In this document: positions 1 to 12,502 of the stretch, one piece after another
How positions within the stretch are numbered: the first letter of the stretch is position 1
Layout: every line of letters begins with the position of its first letter
Origin: Takakia lepidozioides
Lineage: Eukaryota; Plantae; Bryophyta
Direction of reading: 5' to 3'
Assembly: GCA_030704615.1 (NCBI GenBank)
Contig: CM060732.1
Coordinates: forward strand, 25,172,001 to 25,236,000
DNA: 64,000 bases
Notes under the pieces: generated by a model
The model's database searches: none
What the model was told of the DNA's origin: nothing
Seen by the model: only the letters and a program-made list of their open reading frames with translations
Made by a program: the position numbers and the translations under genes

Positions 1-189
1 ACAACATCAAGTCTCAGCGCTTGCTACTTATAAAGGACCCTCCTGCTTTATTCAACCCCTCCCATTCCTTCTCTTCATTTTGCCCGTTCGTGTTATATTT
101 GTTGGAGGGCCAAGAGATGCCTCTTGCTATTTTATTCAAGCTCTCCGCCCTCGTTCGCTATTAACCGGCCTCCGGAACTGCCCCCCCCC
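1..189 (-). promoter_or_regulatory. Second copy of the 5S rRNA upstream leader (TATA-containing), inverted; a 5S gene probably begins just outside the window
   Basis: Reverse complement matches 55041-55229 with 3 visible mismatches (positions 4, 8, 12). Position 1 aligns to 55229, the first base of the 5S gene. The match ends at a C9 run followed by A17. Confidence 0.9.
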
Positions 190-335
190 AAAAAAAAAAA
201 AAAAAACAACCACGTTTGGTACCATGCCAATGATACATTCATCCATCAGCCTCCTAGTTCATCACTTGTCTGCAAATCTAAGAGTTTTATGGGACCAGTC
301 TTACCCTTACAGTCTGCTCGTCACTTATTCGTGTA

Positions 336-1102
336 TTGGCAAACTTAACCGGGGGGAAGAAAAAACGCGGCGGTGATTCCCTTGGTGTGAGGCAAGAGCT
401 CCAAGCCCAAAACCGTATGCCACGACTATGGCCTCAAGAAGATGGTGTGGACATGAACAATGTTCCCATGTGGAAGTATAGGGCGCCAATTGGGACATGG
501 ACAAAGGAGGAATACAAGCAAGTCCGAACCACAATACGAGGTATCCGGACCCCAACCAGTTATGGCGCTCTCTACACAACAAATTTGAGGATGCCACCAC
601 TATCCGTGGTTTGAAGTCTCATGACTACAACAACATTTTTCAAGACATCCTTCCCATTGCAATACGAGGGACACTACATGAGGGCATGAGGGCATGAGGG
701 CATGAGGGCATTCGGAAAGCCGTCTATCGATTGGGGGATTTGTTCCGATGGATTTGCACAAAAGAGATGAAAGAGAAATATTTCAAACGAATGAAAGTGG
801 AGGCGGCCACGGTGTTGTGTATGTTGTAGATGCATCTTCCTCCTTCATTCTTTGACCTCCAAGTGCACTGGTAGGCATTGGTGGAGGAGGCCGAGATTGC
901 CGGTCCGGTCCATGCTCGTTGGATGTACTTTCTTGAGTGCTATATGAAGGACTTGAAAGCACATGTGCGACAAAGGGCGCATCCCGAGGATAGTATGGCG
1001 GAGGGGTACACCTTGCATGAGGCTATGGTTCTATGTTTGGAGTACATGAAGAGGGTGGACAAACCATTTTCCCCAATCCATTGGCCATCCCATTTGTTTT
1101 GA
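336..1102 (+). pseudogene. CACTA/En-Spm transposase (TnpD, DUF4218 region) fragment, disrupted
   Basis: Motifs GLKSHDY..FQDILPIAIRG and GPVHARWMYFLE.YMK.LK.HVRQRAHPEDSMAEGY are typical of CACTA transposases. Broken by stops, frameshifts and a 4x catgaggg microduplication near 677-711. Confidence 0.85.
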
Positions 1103-1946
1103 AGGTGGCAATGGCTGAACATGGCACAATAGGCTTTATTGGCTGTATATTGGAAGAAATGGTTTGGGAATCAGGAAAATGCCAGTGCCATTTACTTGGG
1201 TCAACCTAAAGACCCATGGGCAATTCTACCTCAATCCAAAAGAATGAATTGCTTACCAGCCAAGTCGTTAGTGGTACAGTATGCTTGCAGGGTCCAAATC
1301 GGGTTAATTTCATTTGAAGTGGAAGATAATATGGAGCCTATCACTATAGAGATAATTGATATATGTTAGGTTAGACATAACATGTTGCTTGTAGTGTTGT
1401 TGTGAAAATATGGCAGGCCGAGGAGATGCAAGGCATGGGCTTTTAGTATGTACATATTGTAATTGGTTTTCATGAAGCATATCACAGTGACCTTGCACTA
1501 GCATGGTTGTGGGCCCAATGCCAGGGTGATTTTCCATGGAGTCTGGATGGATTGGACGAGCAAGTTGTATCCATGTAGGTTTGTCTTGTGCGTCCCTACA
1601 ATTCACCGATTTCATCATATACTAAAAAAAATTCTCATGTGTTTTGAAGTTTATTGAACTGAGATCAGCTGATCTTAACGTCCAAAGGGTCGTTTGGAAT
1701 GCACTATAGAGAATGACATGAGATCTTTGAAGTTTGATGGCCATGGAAATGACATGTGAAATCTCACACTACATCTTCAGTGGAGGTTTGTTCTTCCTCA
1801 AGATTATAAGTTGACATGTGTCACAAAATTCTATCGGAAAACTTAATGCAATCTCAAGACAAAATGAAATATACAAAAGCAACCCCGGCTTATAAGAAGC
1901 AACAATCAAATACGAAAATATGTGGTCTCTTTAAGAATGTTGCGTG

Positions 1947-4900
1947 CTATGAGGTGCGAGCAGCTTGCTCCTGTAAAAGCTTTACCCTGGGACTCTTATG
2001 CCCCGCGGATGTGATGCGTCGAGGCAAACTTGTATTGTAAGGGCTGGAAGGCCCCAAACTGCTGATGCTCTTGCGCTCCTTAAAACGTGTGGAGTTGTCG
2101 GTCTGACATATCCCATTGCATTGTCCCCCACATTTGTGTACTGTGGAGATTTTAACATACTCCCCAGTTCGGTCATATGGTGGTGTCCTGGGAGGTGTCC
2201 GGGGTGGTGATCCATCCTTCTTTTCCTGATCCACCACCACATAATCCATTATTCCCTAATGTTGCAGCTTTCCATTATGTTCGCAACCTAGTTCTGGCAT
2301 GTTTACCCATGCATATTACTTCTACTAGGAGATCAATTACTCTCAATTAGTAGTGAACTGTGGACATTCAAATATGCAAAAAATGGTTGAAACTTACTGG
2401 AGAAAAAATACGTTCAGCCGAGAGCATCGATAGAAAACTTCTTGGCATGACTCCAGTGGGTACATGACTTGCACGATTTGGATTGAGCTTTTCCAAAGAA
2501 TGATCACATGACCTACAACGTTTCCCAACCGGCCCAATATTCATTCAAATTTTATATCTTACCACGACCATGGCTAGCACAATGTTTTTATAAAGCAAAT
2601 GAATAACGTACATGCATTTGAAGCCAAGTAAAGGTTTGCCAGTAAGCATTGCATTATCCATTGCTTTTAGTTCCTTCACAAGTTTTGCTAGTGCCTGCAC
2701 CATGAACATCCAGAATCAACTCTTTACAACATTGAGAAACCAACTACATTTATTCTTGTTGATTTTTTTAATTGCTTATATCAAAAGTAGTAGGTACATT
2801 TTACTGATACACTGGGTACATGCAAAATAGTCATCTAAATCTACCAATGATAAATAGTACTATGAGTGGGTAGACAGAAGATAGATGACATCAAAATTAT
2901 ATGACTTCAAGGATATAAGAGACCCAGATACATGCCTGTAGATCAAGCTTATCAGCCTTGTTTGCCTCTAAGGTCTCGAGAACTGTGATACTATTTTCCA
3001 ATTCTGTAGACATTTTTTCAACCTCTATTACCAATTTTTTTAACACCGCAACATTCTCTTTGGGCTCTATTTTTCTTGAATTCAGAGCTTCCTGCAAAAC
3101 CACATCCGAGGAGCTCAACGTTAGTCAATTTCTATTTGAGGTAGCCCTGTGAATATTATCTAGAACTACATATATGTGGACCTCAACTTGCTGACGTTGA
3201 ACATACATGCCTACAATGAGGCAATCTGGGGGGATGAATGTAGGGTCTCATCCCCATTACATAAATCAAAAAGTGAAAATAGTGCAATCAACTAACATGA
3301 TCAAGGTCATCATCTTGAGAAAATTAGTAATGGGGTCATACCTCAAGTGCTCCAAGAGTTTCATGATATTTGGATTGTGTAACGGCTTGAGCTGCTTCTG
3401 AAACATTTTTTATATGAATTGACGATCCACGAGTTGGACTTCTGCTACTGCTACGACTAGTACTCCCTTCCTTCAATATACGAGATGGTCTATGAGCAGT
3501 TGGTGATGGAATGTGGGATTCTCCCTTTGGATTATTAGTAGTCGGTATTTGACGTGGAGTTCCTTCCATGCTTTCAGTGCCACCCTTATGACCATTTGAT
3601 GTTGGGGTTGATACTGGCGCTGTTGCGCCTAACACTTGTGTTAATTCTGTATTTGATGTTGGCATTCTAGAAACTACATTTGTTTCCTCTACAACTTGAG
3701 CTGGTATTGGAGCAACAACGGAAGATGTAGTTGGTGCTCCTGCAGGTACAGTTGCTGCTTGTGGTGGTGCTGATCCAGGTGTTGAAGCTGACATTACAAT
3801 GCCTTGTAAAGTTTGTTCCCTTGGAGGATGAGGGTTTTCGCCTTGGGTTGAAGGCGACATTGGAGAGTTTGGAGTGGATAAAGGCTCATAATGGTCATCA
3901 TTACCTGACATGATAAGTACACCTTTTCCAAGCACACCAATGTCCTCCAACAACTGCACCCACCTCCCATTGAGACATCAACAATTGTCCTCTAGACAAG
4001 CATGTGCAAGCATAAATATTATATCAATTCCTCATAGATTTAATATTGATCCATTTATTTAATATTGTGATGGCCGTCACACGCAGAAAACTTGCTAAAA
4101 AAAACATATATCTTCAATACTTCATAGGACAGTGATAGAGTGCCATGAGAGCTACCGAGGAAAAATACCTTCATCAACATCTTCTCGTGACTCTTAATAG
4201 TCTCTCTCATCTCGTCTGCGGCCTCCTTTGCAGCCTACAATAAGGCAACAATTCAATATTTATCGGGCCAACAAATATAAGGAGAGTAATTTGATGATGT
4301 AACGTCATTTCTTCTGTAATCACCTATTACACTTTTGGTTTCTCATACATTGCCTTCAAATAATCATATGTTTAACCACCAATCATGTTCAGTGCATAAT
4401 AGAAAAATTTGTGGTACCTTGCCCATAGTCCCATCACCTCCGTGTGTCATTTTATCAAAGAGCTCACGCATGACTGCAAGAGCCGTGTTGTCAGCTTTGG
4501 AAGCCAATACTACCTGCCAATTACCACTAAATTAGTAGAAGTTTAGTTTGAGCTCTTCTTTTGGTCCGTGTCTTTGAGTAATTTCATCATGAAGAGGCCT
4601 CATATAGCAAGTAGACAAATAAAAGTAAGGCTTTTAAATATTGTAAGCTCTTTCTCAACATCAAGATTGGAATTATTATTATACTATATGTAGAAGAGTA
4701 AATATTTGATAAATTGTATGCTGCGCTGAAAAAAATGCGTAGGAAATTAACCTGCATTTGGAGAAGCATATCAGCGTAGATCATGATACGGTTTGCATGC
4801 TCATTCACCACAAATTGAACTTCCTCATCTTCAACATGCGCTCCACCTTGTATAGAAGCAACTGGGTGAGCAATTGCTTCCGCCCTCTTTGCAAGTAGGA

Positions 4901-7900
4901 CAGCAAGATCGCTTCTTTCTGCCTGCATATTCCAATCCCTCAAGCGAGACCACGCTTTTATGACTTATGACCTAATGTTGTATCATTGACTTTTGAATAT
5001 CAACTAAATGCATTGCATTATAATCATCCCAAAGGCGCCCTCCATTGCATTTCCACTGGTCATCCACTTACAAAAGTCCTCCTCTCCTTATTATTCCATA
5101 AATATATAATCGTTCAAAATAAATACTATTATATTGATAAAAAAAATTACCTCAAAAATATGCTTCAAGGATTCTGCGAAAAACTTACCAGAGCAGTTAC
5201 TGAGCCGCCCAACGTATTTAACCTTTCCCGCAATTCTTTATATAACGTATCTAATGACTGCCACAAAAACAGATATGCACATGTATATGAACTTTGTATA
5301 TGTATTTTTTTTGTTCAAGAGTGTTTTAGTCAAGGTCCATCTTCAAAAGTAATAATTTTAATTTTCATGACTTGGTCCGTTCACATCAATCATCTCTTTC
5401 GAAAGACACACCATTATTTCAATACATATGGGAAAAGAAATAAATAAATAATACACTAAGCTCCAACTACATACCTCAAGTTGTGCAGCACCACCTCCTC
5501 GTGAGTCTTTAAACATCTCAAGCATCTCATCACGATCAGCTTTCTTTGCTATCAAATCCTGCTCAATTTGATGCATTTCATTAGGGACCTTGCGACAAAA
5601 CACATCAGCAAAGCTTCGTTTTTAAGTATGGTACCAAGTGCCTAAACTACCATGGATTTTGCTTTTATGGATTTTGGTCATTTGCCAATTAGTGTAGGTA
5701 AAAAATGCTTACACCTTAAGTGTACAACCATTTCTAGAGAGTTGGCAATCACAATCATAAATGTTATGTGATTTCTACAAATTATGAACAATTGTTCAAT
5801 CGTACCTTGATACCACCAATATCCCCCCCTCCCCCTCCTGCCCCTGTACCCCCACCGGTGCCGGATGCCACTTTGAACTGTATATCATCCAATGCAGTTC
5901 GATCGGCTTTTGCTGACAACTTGTTGGCCTGTGCTCATGCACTGACATTGACTCAGTCTACAATATTCTTGATGTGCCCAAGGAATTTGTACAATATTAA
6001 TGTAAATGGAACGTCAACTTACTCAACATATACCCATGAAGGTCGACATACATCTCCGATACCTTAAAACCGCTATAAACTTATATACCGTAATAATAAA
6101 TTACCTACTTACGTCAAGTATTGATATGATTACAGAGATAAGACTTCGCAGTTGGTATACCTAAGAGCCATTTCACCTTTCGACCTATTTAGGGGGTGGG
6201 CCCTTTGTTATAATTACATTGTCAAATTTATGAAGATCGAATTGCAAAAGCTAATATTTGATTTGAAATGAATTTTTGAATTATGCATCATTGTGATCAT
6301 ATATATCATTACACTTTAAAACTGTAGTTCACTGATTATCATATATATACCAAGAGAAAAAACAAATTTAATTTACAAGAACCAGTACCAATGCTGCCAA
6401 TTCATCTTCCAATTTTTTACATCGAGCTTCATAAAGCTCTGATTCTGTACGTTCACTCACTAAATCACCACTCTGCATGACACAAGAATCATATTAATAA
6501 ATGAAAACACTTGTTGTACAATTGTGCGTTAATGCTCCATAATGTATATACTGCATAGAAATTTAGATAATTTAGTGTTGATTTTAATTAGGATGCGGCT
6601 GGTGGATCAATGATCATTCATGCATCGTGTACCTAATATAAATTTAAGTACGATCTATGACTATCATACCAAACATCAGTAAATGGATATAAAGCTATTC
6701 ACGAGATTTTATAGTTCCCAGATATTAGATTCAATGCTAGAAGCTATAATTTTGCTTCATCGAATGTTCATCGACATACAATGTTCATCAAAATGGAACG
6801 TCAGTGATTATTAGTCAATTGTTATAAATGATGAACTTGCTGGTGCAATGGTAGCAACATTTGACATCATAATTATATCCAGAGAGAAGACTCCGGCCAA
6901 AGCCATTGTAACTAAGAGCTACTTCGTCGTGTGGCTACTGCTCTCTTTCGGGGGTGAGGTGATTATTTACATATACATAATGTTGAATTGTAATCCTTAC
7001 ATAAACACAAATGTAGTTATATGTACCTATTTGATTTCTTTTTGGATCCTAATATATTTGTACACGAAGAAAAATTGATACGAGCGTGAGCAAATAGAGA
7101 GAAGTCTCCACTGTAGGTAAGATAGGTCCATCCAATTTCACAGATAGCCTAGATGACCTCCTTACGCCCTTCTTTATTTCCTCAATTGCCTTTGCCAATG
7201 CCTCAAGCCTCTGTACTGGAGCCAATCCATTGTCATTATCACTCACAACCACATGCAATATGTTTTCAAAAAATGGACAACTGCCAATCAATTAAAATTC
7301 TCATAAACTCACATGTGAATTAGAAGGCATGGATGGTTGCATGTATCTTACCTCCTTGGTATTTGAAGAGGCACGTAAGAGCTGGTCAACAGTATCCACA
7401 TCTGCCTTTCTTTCAAGGCGATGTTGCAGCTCTAAAATTGCATCGTTGCCACCTTCACCATGCATCAGGGGCTTGGCTTCTAGATCTGATCGTAGATTCT
7501 GTGGAATTAGACAATCTTACTTCATAAGTGCTAAGGTTACCCAATTTATATTTTTTCATCACACAATTTGTATAATAATATTTCATTGGGGATGGGGAGA
7601 AGGTAATTAGATAAATTTTATCGCGCTTTGTAAGGGAACGAAATGGCTCATGCCGTTATTGACATTGCATGCAAGTTGCTATACGTATTTTATCAATGAC
7701 ACAACGACCCATAACGTACTCTTTGAGCTTTTTGAATGGCTTCAAGGTCAGATGTTTGTGCCTTGGTGATCTGCTGCACCAATTCTCTTAACTCCTGCGC
7801 CTGAAAATGAACACAATTTTTTAAATTTACCATCTCACATAGTTGCATGTTGTACCACTCACAAACAATAAGGTTTATTTATATAGAGTGAATTATAATC

Positions 7901-9436
7901 ATCTCAAATGCTATTATATTATGTTTGCATAGGTTTGGCTTATACATTTTATGTACTTTAGTAGGCCATGAAATATTGTATATACGTGATGGTATTTGCA
8001 AATTAAAGAGCTTTATAAGTTGACAATGTGATGACATCGGTTTGTAAAAGGAGATTTGTATAATACAGAGGATTCTACAAGAAATGCATAATTGTTATGA
8101 AACACATTTGTTTGGTTGGAATATGACCAAAGGTGTCAAGTAGGTACTTCAGCTTCCAAAGCTTTGATCCTTTCTGTTAATCCCTGTGTGCTTACACCAC
8201 TCTCATTTGCTTCTTTTGCAGTAAACTCAACATCAAGCTCATGAATGTCAACATCCAGCTGTGATACTCGACTCTCCATTTCATGCACACTTGTTCCTAG
8301 CTTCTCCGCGGTTTGTTCAAGTACACTCATCCGCTCCGGTAGTTCAACGAACACTGACATTTGTCCTAATTGTAGAGGCGTCACGTTGCTCTCTAATGCC
8401 TGCAATCGTGTTTCAATTGCTTTCCACCACATTTCTTGTTTTTCCGCTTCAGATTGTTTGTCAGCATTAAGTGCATTTTGACTGCCATAGATCCATCCCA
8501 ACGTCCCATTTTACCACTTATCTTGAGTGCTATACATGCCTCAATTCCATGAAATCAAAAATTACAAGCTGATCCGCGCAATGCAAACTACCACACATGT
8601 GGGTTCATAAGGTCATATTCTTACCAAAGTAGATTGAGTTCGTCCTTCAAGCTAGCCAAACTCTTGCCTTGCTCTTCTGCTTTGTCGAGACGTGACGCCT
8701 ACATAAGTCCAAGAACAACACCACTGTTGACATATTGAGAAATTAATGTACAATATAAATATAAATACAATGTAAATTGCTCGTGTTGACATAAACTTTT
8801 AGATTTATACACACACTGTAAAATACAAGAGGACATGCTTACCTAAACTAACTCTTTGTTGTTATATTGAATGGCCTCATCATCATGCCGATGCAAGAAA
8901 ACAAATGGATTGTATATGACTTTTTAAATATAGCATGCAGTATTGACGATTCATGAATTATCAAATGTATGATGCACAATGCTAGAATGACATCTCTCAC
9001 TCAAACTCGACCACTGATTAACTCGTGCATTGAAAAACAAATATATAATGTATATACTCATTAGAAAGATAAACATTGAAGAAACATGACTGAAATAAAT
9101 ATTATTGAAAACTATAAAATAAATAAATGATGTACAAATCTTGTCGAAGCTTATAATTGAAATATTAAATGAAAATAATTAATTCCAAAATCAAAAGAAC
9201 TTGAGAGTAGAAAGAGAGAAGGCCTGAGAGGAAATGCGGTCACAAAGGGAATGTAGAAGAAACTGCAGCTTGTCCCAAGCCAACGTGGCCACCACGGATA
9301 CATGTTGGACGGACAATACGTCCCGTATGATTTCCACATCATCTCCTCCGTCCTCTCCTTCAAGCTTTGCCCCCTCCGACATGACAACCTTTCTTATGAG
9401 GTGAGTTAGCTGATGGTAGAGGTCAACACAAACCAA
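1947..9436 (-). other. Putative multi-exon gene or pseudogene of unknown function (coiled-coil and S/T/P-rich segments), possibly transposon-associated
   Basis: A series of minus-strand coding-like segments (1947-2249, 2897-3118, 3336-3959, 4587-4943, 5358-5603, 7049-7291, 8136-8501) separated by AT-rich intron-like DNA with GT/AG signals. No recognisable domain. Confidence 0.4.
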
Positions 9437-10077
9437 TGAGGCTGGGGTTGATGATCAGTGTGAAGGCAGCAAAAGTTACTAGTGTCACATGCAATGATGA
9501 GGGGAACAATGACCTCCAGGTTAGAAGGGGCACATGCCTTGTGCAATCTTTGCAATGTTCCGCATCTCCAATATGTGGAGATGTGGAGCATTGCAAAGAT
9601 TTCATAGAACATGATCATTAAGTGTTTGTGTGATGCCACAATTCACCCTAGATTCTCTCATCATCACCCCGGGGGTTACCTTGCGACAAGCTTTCAAGAT
9701 TGTGATTCATGTTGAAGAAAATGGAGAATGCATCTCCAAAACAACGTCCACTCTTGAGGAGCTCCAAGATTAGAGGAGAGAGAGTTACAACTTATTAGAG
9801 AAGGAGATATGATCCTGCCATGCCTTTGCGCACAACAGACAATGTCTGGAAGACATCATTTGTGATGAGCTCAAAATTCCTTACTTTGGAATTTGAAATA
9901 TTATATGGATGTATGAATAGGATGGATGTAGTATAACATGCTGCCATGCACAGTTTCCATACCCATACCCATGGGGCAAGCGACACCAATAGAATTGCAT
10001 CTCTCAGTTTTGCATTATCCACAGTAGGAAATCAAGTAAATTAAATATAAAAATAATAAACGGGTAAAAGGGAGGAC

Positions 10078-10081
<4 letters not shown>

Positions 10082-10117
<36 letters not shown>
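10082..10117. repeat. (AG)n microsatellite
   Basis: About 18 AG units ending 15 bp upstream of the CHLM ATG. Confidence 0.95.
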
Positions 10118-10119
<2 letters not shown>

Positions 10120-10132
10120 TGTTAGTGTGGAT

Positions 10133-11254
10133 ATGGCGGCCGTGTGCAATGCTGGTGCAGTAGGTGCCCTGTGCAAGTCACCTGTGGGAAGCCCGTGTTG
10201 GCAATCGCACTGTGATGTTTCTGCGAGAAGGGTTTCGCTTCTGGGATCACCAGTATCACATTCCCTCACTGTGTCTCCAAATGCTGGAGGTTTGCAATGC
10301 GCTTCAACCAACAGGCGATTCCAAGGATTGAAAGCCATAGCTGCAAGCTTGCCTCTGGTAGAATTAGCATCTCAGGCTGTTGAAGTGGGGAATCCGGCGG
10401 GTCTTGCACTCATAGACACTAGTAATGGAGTTTCTAGCCTTAGCGTTGCATTGGCAGGTGGGGGCGCCATAGCTGCGTTGGCAGCAGCTCTGTCTCTAGC
10501 AGACCCGGAGAAGCGGAGGCAGAAGCAGGCGGCTGAGGCCGGGGGGGATGAGAAGGCTGTGGTGAGGAACTACTTCAACACTTCAGGCTTCGAGCGATGG
10601 AAGCGGATCTATGGCGAGACTGATGATGTGAATTCAGTGCAGCTGGATATCAGACAAGGCCATGCCCAGACGGTGGAGAAAGTGCTCCGATTTCTGAAGG
10701 ATTCTGGGTCTTTGGAGGGCGTGACAATCTGTGATGCGGGGTGTGGAGTAGGTAGTCTTTCTGTTCCCCTTGCAATGGAGGGAGCCGTGGTGAGCGCTAG
10801 CGACATTTCGTCAGCTATGGTGATGGAAGCAAGCAAGCGAGCCGCCGAAGCTGTGAAAGGGGCAACATTAAATGGGAAAGCAATCCAGGAGCCTCAGTTT
10901 GAGGCCAGAGATCTGGAGTCAATCGCAGGGAAATATGAAACTGTGGCGTGCCTGGATGTGTTGATACATTACCCACAGGAGAAGGCGGGGCCCATGGTGG
11001 CTCATCTGGCATCTCTGGCTGAGAAGCGCTTGATTCTTAGCTTCGCGCCCAAGACATTGTATTACGCGGTGTTGAAGAGGATAGGGGAGCTCTTTCCAGG
11101 GCCGTCAAAGGCCACCCGGGCCTACTTGCATGCAGAGGCTGATGTGGAAGCAGCCCTCAAAGCAGCCGGTTGGGTGGTAAGGCGGCGTGAGATGACCGCA
11201 ACTAAGTTCTATTTCTCCCGATTGCTGGAAGCTGTTCCTGCGGCATCACAATAA
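10133..11254 (+). CDS. CHLM: Magnesium-protoporphyrin IX O-methyltransferase, chloroplast precursor (intronless, 373 aa)
   Basis: N-terminal transit-peptide-like region; VRNYFNTSGFERWKRIYG; SAM motif ICDAGCGVGSLS; CLDVLIHYP; IGELFPGPSKATRAYLH; FYFSRLLEA. First ATG is at 10133 (the ORF track starts at an upstream GTG). Confidence 0.97.
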   Translation: MAAVCNAGAVGALCKSPVGSPCWQSHCDVSARRVSLLGSPVSHSLTVSPNAGGLQCASTNRRFQGLKAIAASLPLVELASQAVEVGNPAGLALIDTSNGVSSLSVALAGGGAIAALAAALSLADPEKRRQKQAAEAGGDEKAVVRNYFNTSGFERWKRIYGETDDVNSVQLDIRQGHAQTVEKVLRFLKDSGSLEGVTICDAGCGVGSLSVPLAMEGAVVSASDISSAMVMEASKRAAEAVKGATLNGKAIQEPQFEARDLESIAGKYETVACLDVLIHYPQEKAGPMVAHLASLAEKRLILSFAPKTLYYAVLKRIGELFPGPSKATRAYLHAEADVEAALKAAGWVVRRREMTATKFYFSRLLEAVPAASQ

Positions 11255-12502
11255 GGGAGATTCTGCATGTCGGCAAGCTCTCCCACTTTCCGGCTTGTTA
11301 AGTTTTGTGGGTTCTTCTGCTCTCTTTCATTAATACTACATTCACTTCTTTTTGGCACTTGGTCAAGTGTTCCTGGGGAATGGACGCCACAGTGTTTACC
11401 CTACCAGGGTGAAAGGGGAGAGAGAAGGAAATAATTTTATCCAGACTGTGTGGCTGGTCCACTTCTATGAGAAGAGAGATTGAAAGGATGGAGAGGACTG
11501 TCCATTCATTTAGATGTGTAATTCTGCGAATTCCTTTTTTAATACACAAAGTCAGGCTTGTACAAGAAAACTCTCCCACATCCGTGCATGAGCCCCGCTT
11601 GTCCAATGAAAGATCCATATTGCCCAGCTCCCTCCCTTCCCCAACTGCTGTTGAGAATTGTCCTTGAGAACAAGGACCTAACTCGGACTAGGAAAGCTGG
11701 AAAGCAGAGCTAGGAATCTCTGTCCAGTGGTTCATGATGTGAAGGGAGCACTTCAGCTTCCAGTCTGTGGAAGCAGGCAATGCCCTGTCTCCACTGTCAT
11801 GCTTCCAAAGAACCTCAAGCAAAAGCGTGAAACTTTACAGCATTTCTGAGGGAGATGATGGTAGTCAGCATAATTAAGGGCCTCTTGCCCCTGGATTTTG
11901 GACATTATGAAACTTGCTCCTTTCTTACTTTGTGTAGGTGCTTAGGCTCCATAATTTGGTGCCAAGTTCAGTTTGATTGGATAAGTACTTGATCATATTT
12001 GACATCATATCTTCTTTTAAATTTCCTGTGACATAAGTGGCTGGCCATTAAGTAGCTGCAATCCATGCCAGGAACATTTGAAATGTTCTAGCCATGAAAT
12101 GAACTGCTTTAGATAGAGCACTGGGAAAATTCAAAGAATTTTTGAGAATTCTGCTGGCATTTTCAAGAGCTAGCTATTATTATGGGGTTTGGAATAGTGT
12201 TTCATGTTACCTTCTGTTGTGGATCATGAGCAAGGTCTGCATTCACAAAGGACTCGCAATGGGGACGTGGAACTCCAGTCAAGGTACACTCTGGAAAGAA
12301 TTTTCTGCAACCATCTGTCAGGAACACACCCTGTCGTTGAGATGAGTGAAAATTTGAACGATAATCTTTCTCACTTACCTTTTCTAGTGAACTCTCGTGT
12401 TCAACTCTAGACCATCCTATGCCTCCTGCAAAGGCCACGGACAGTACCCTGGCACTGTGGGATGCAGCCTTTAAAAAATCAACTCAAGCAATTGGAGTGT
12501 AC

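Noticed and set aside
80-376. 98-aa ORF and its counterpart at 55034-55240
   Set aside because: Antisense translations of the non-coding 5S leader.
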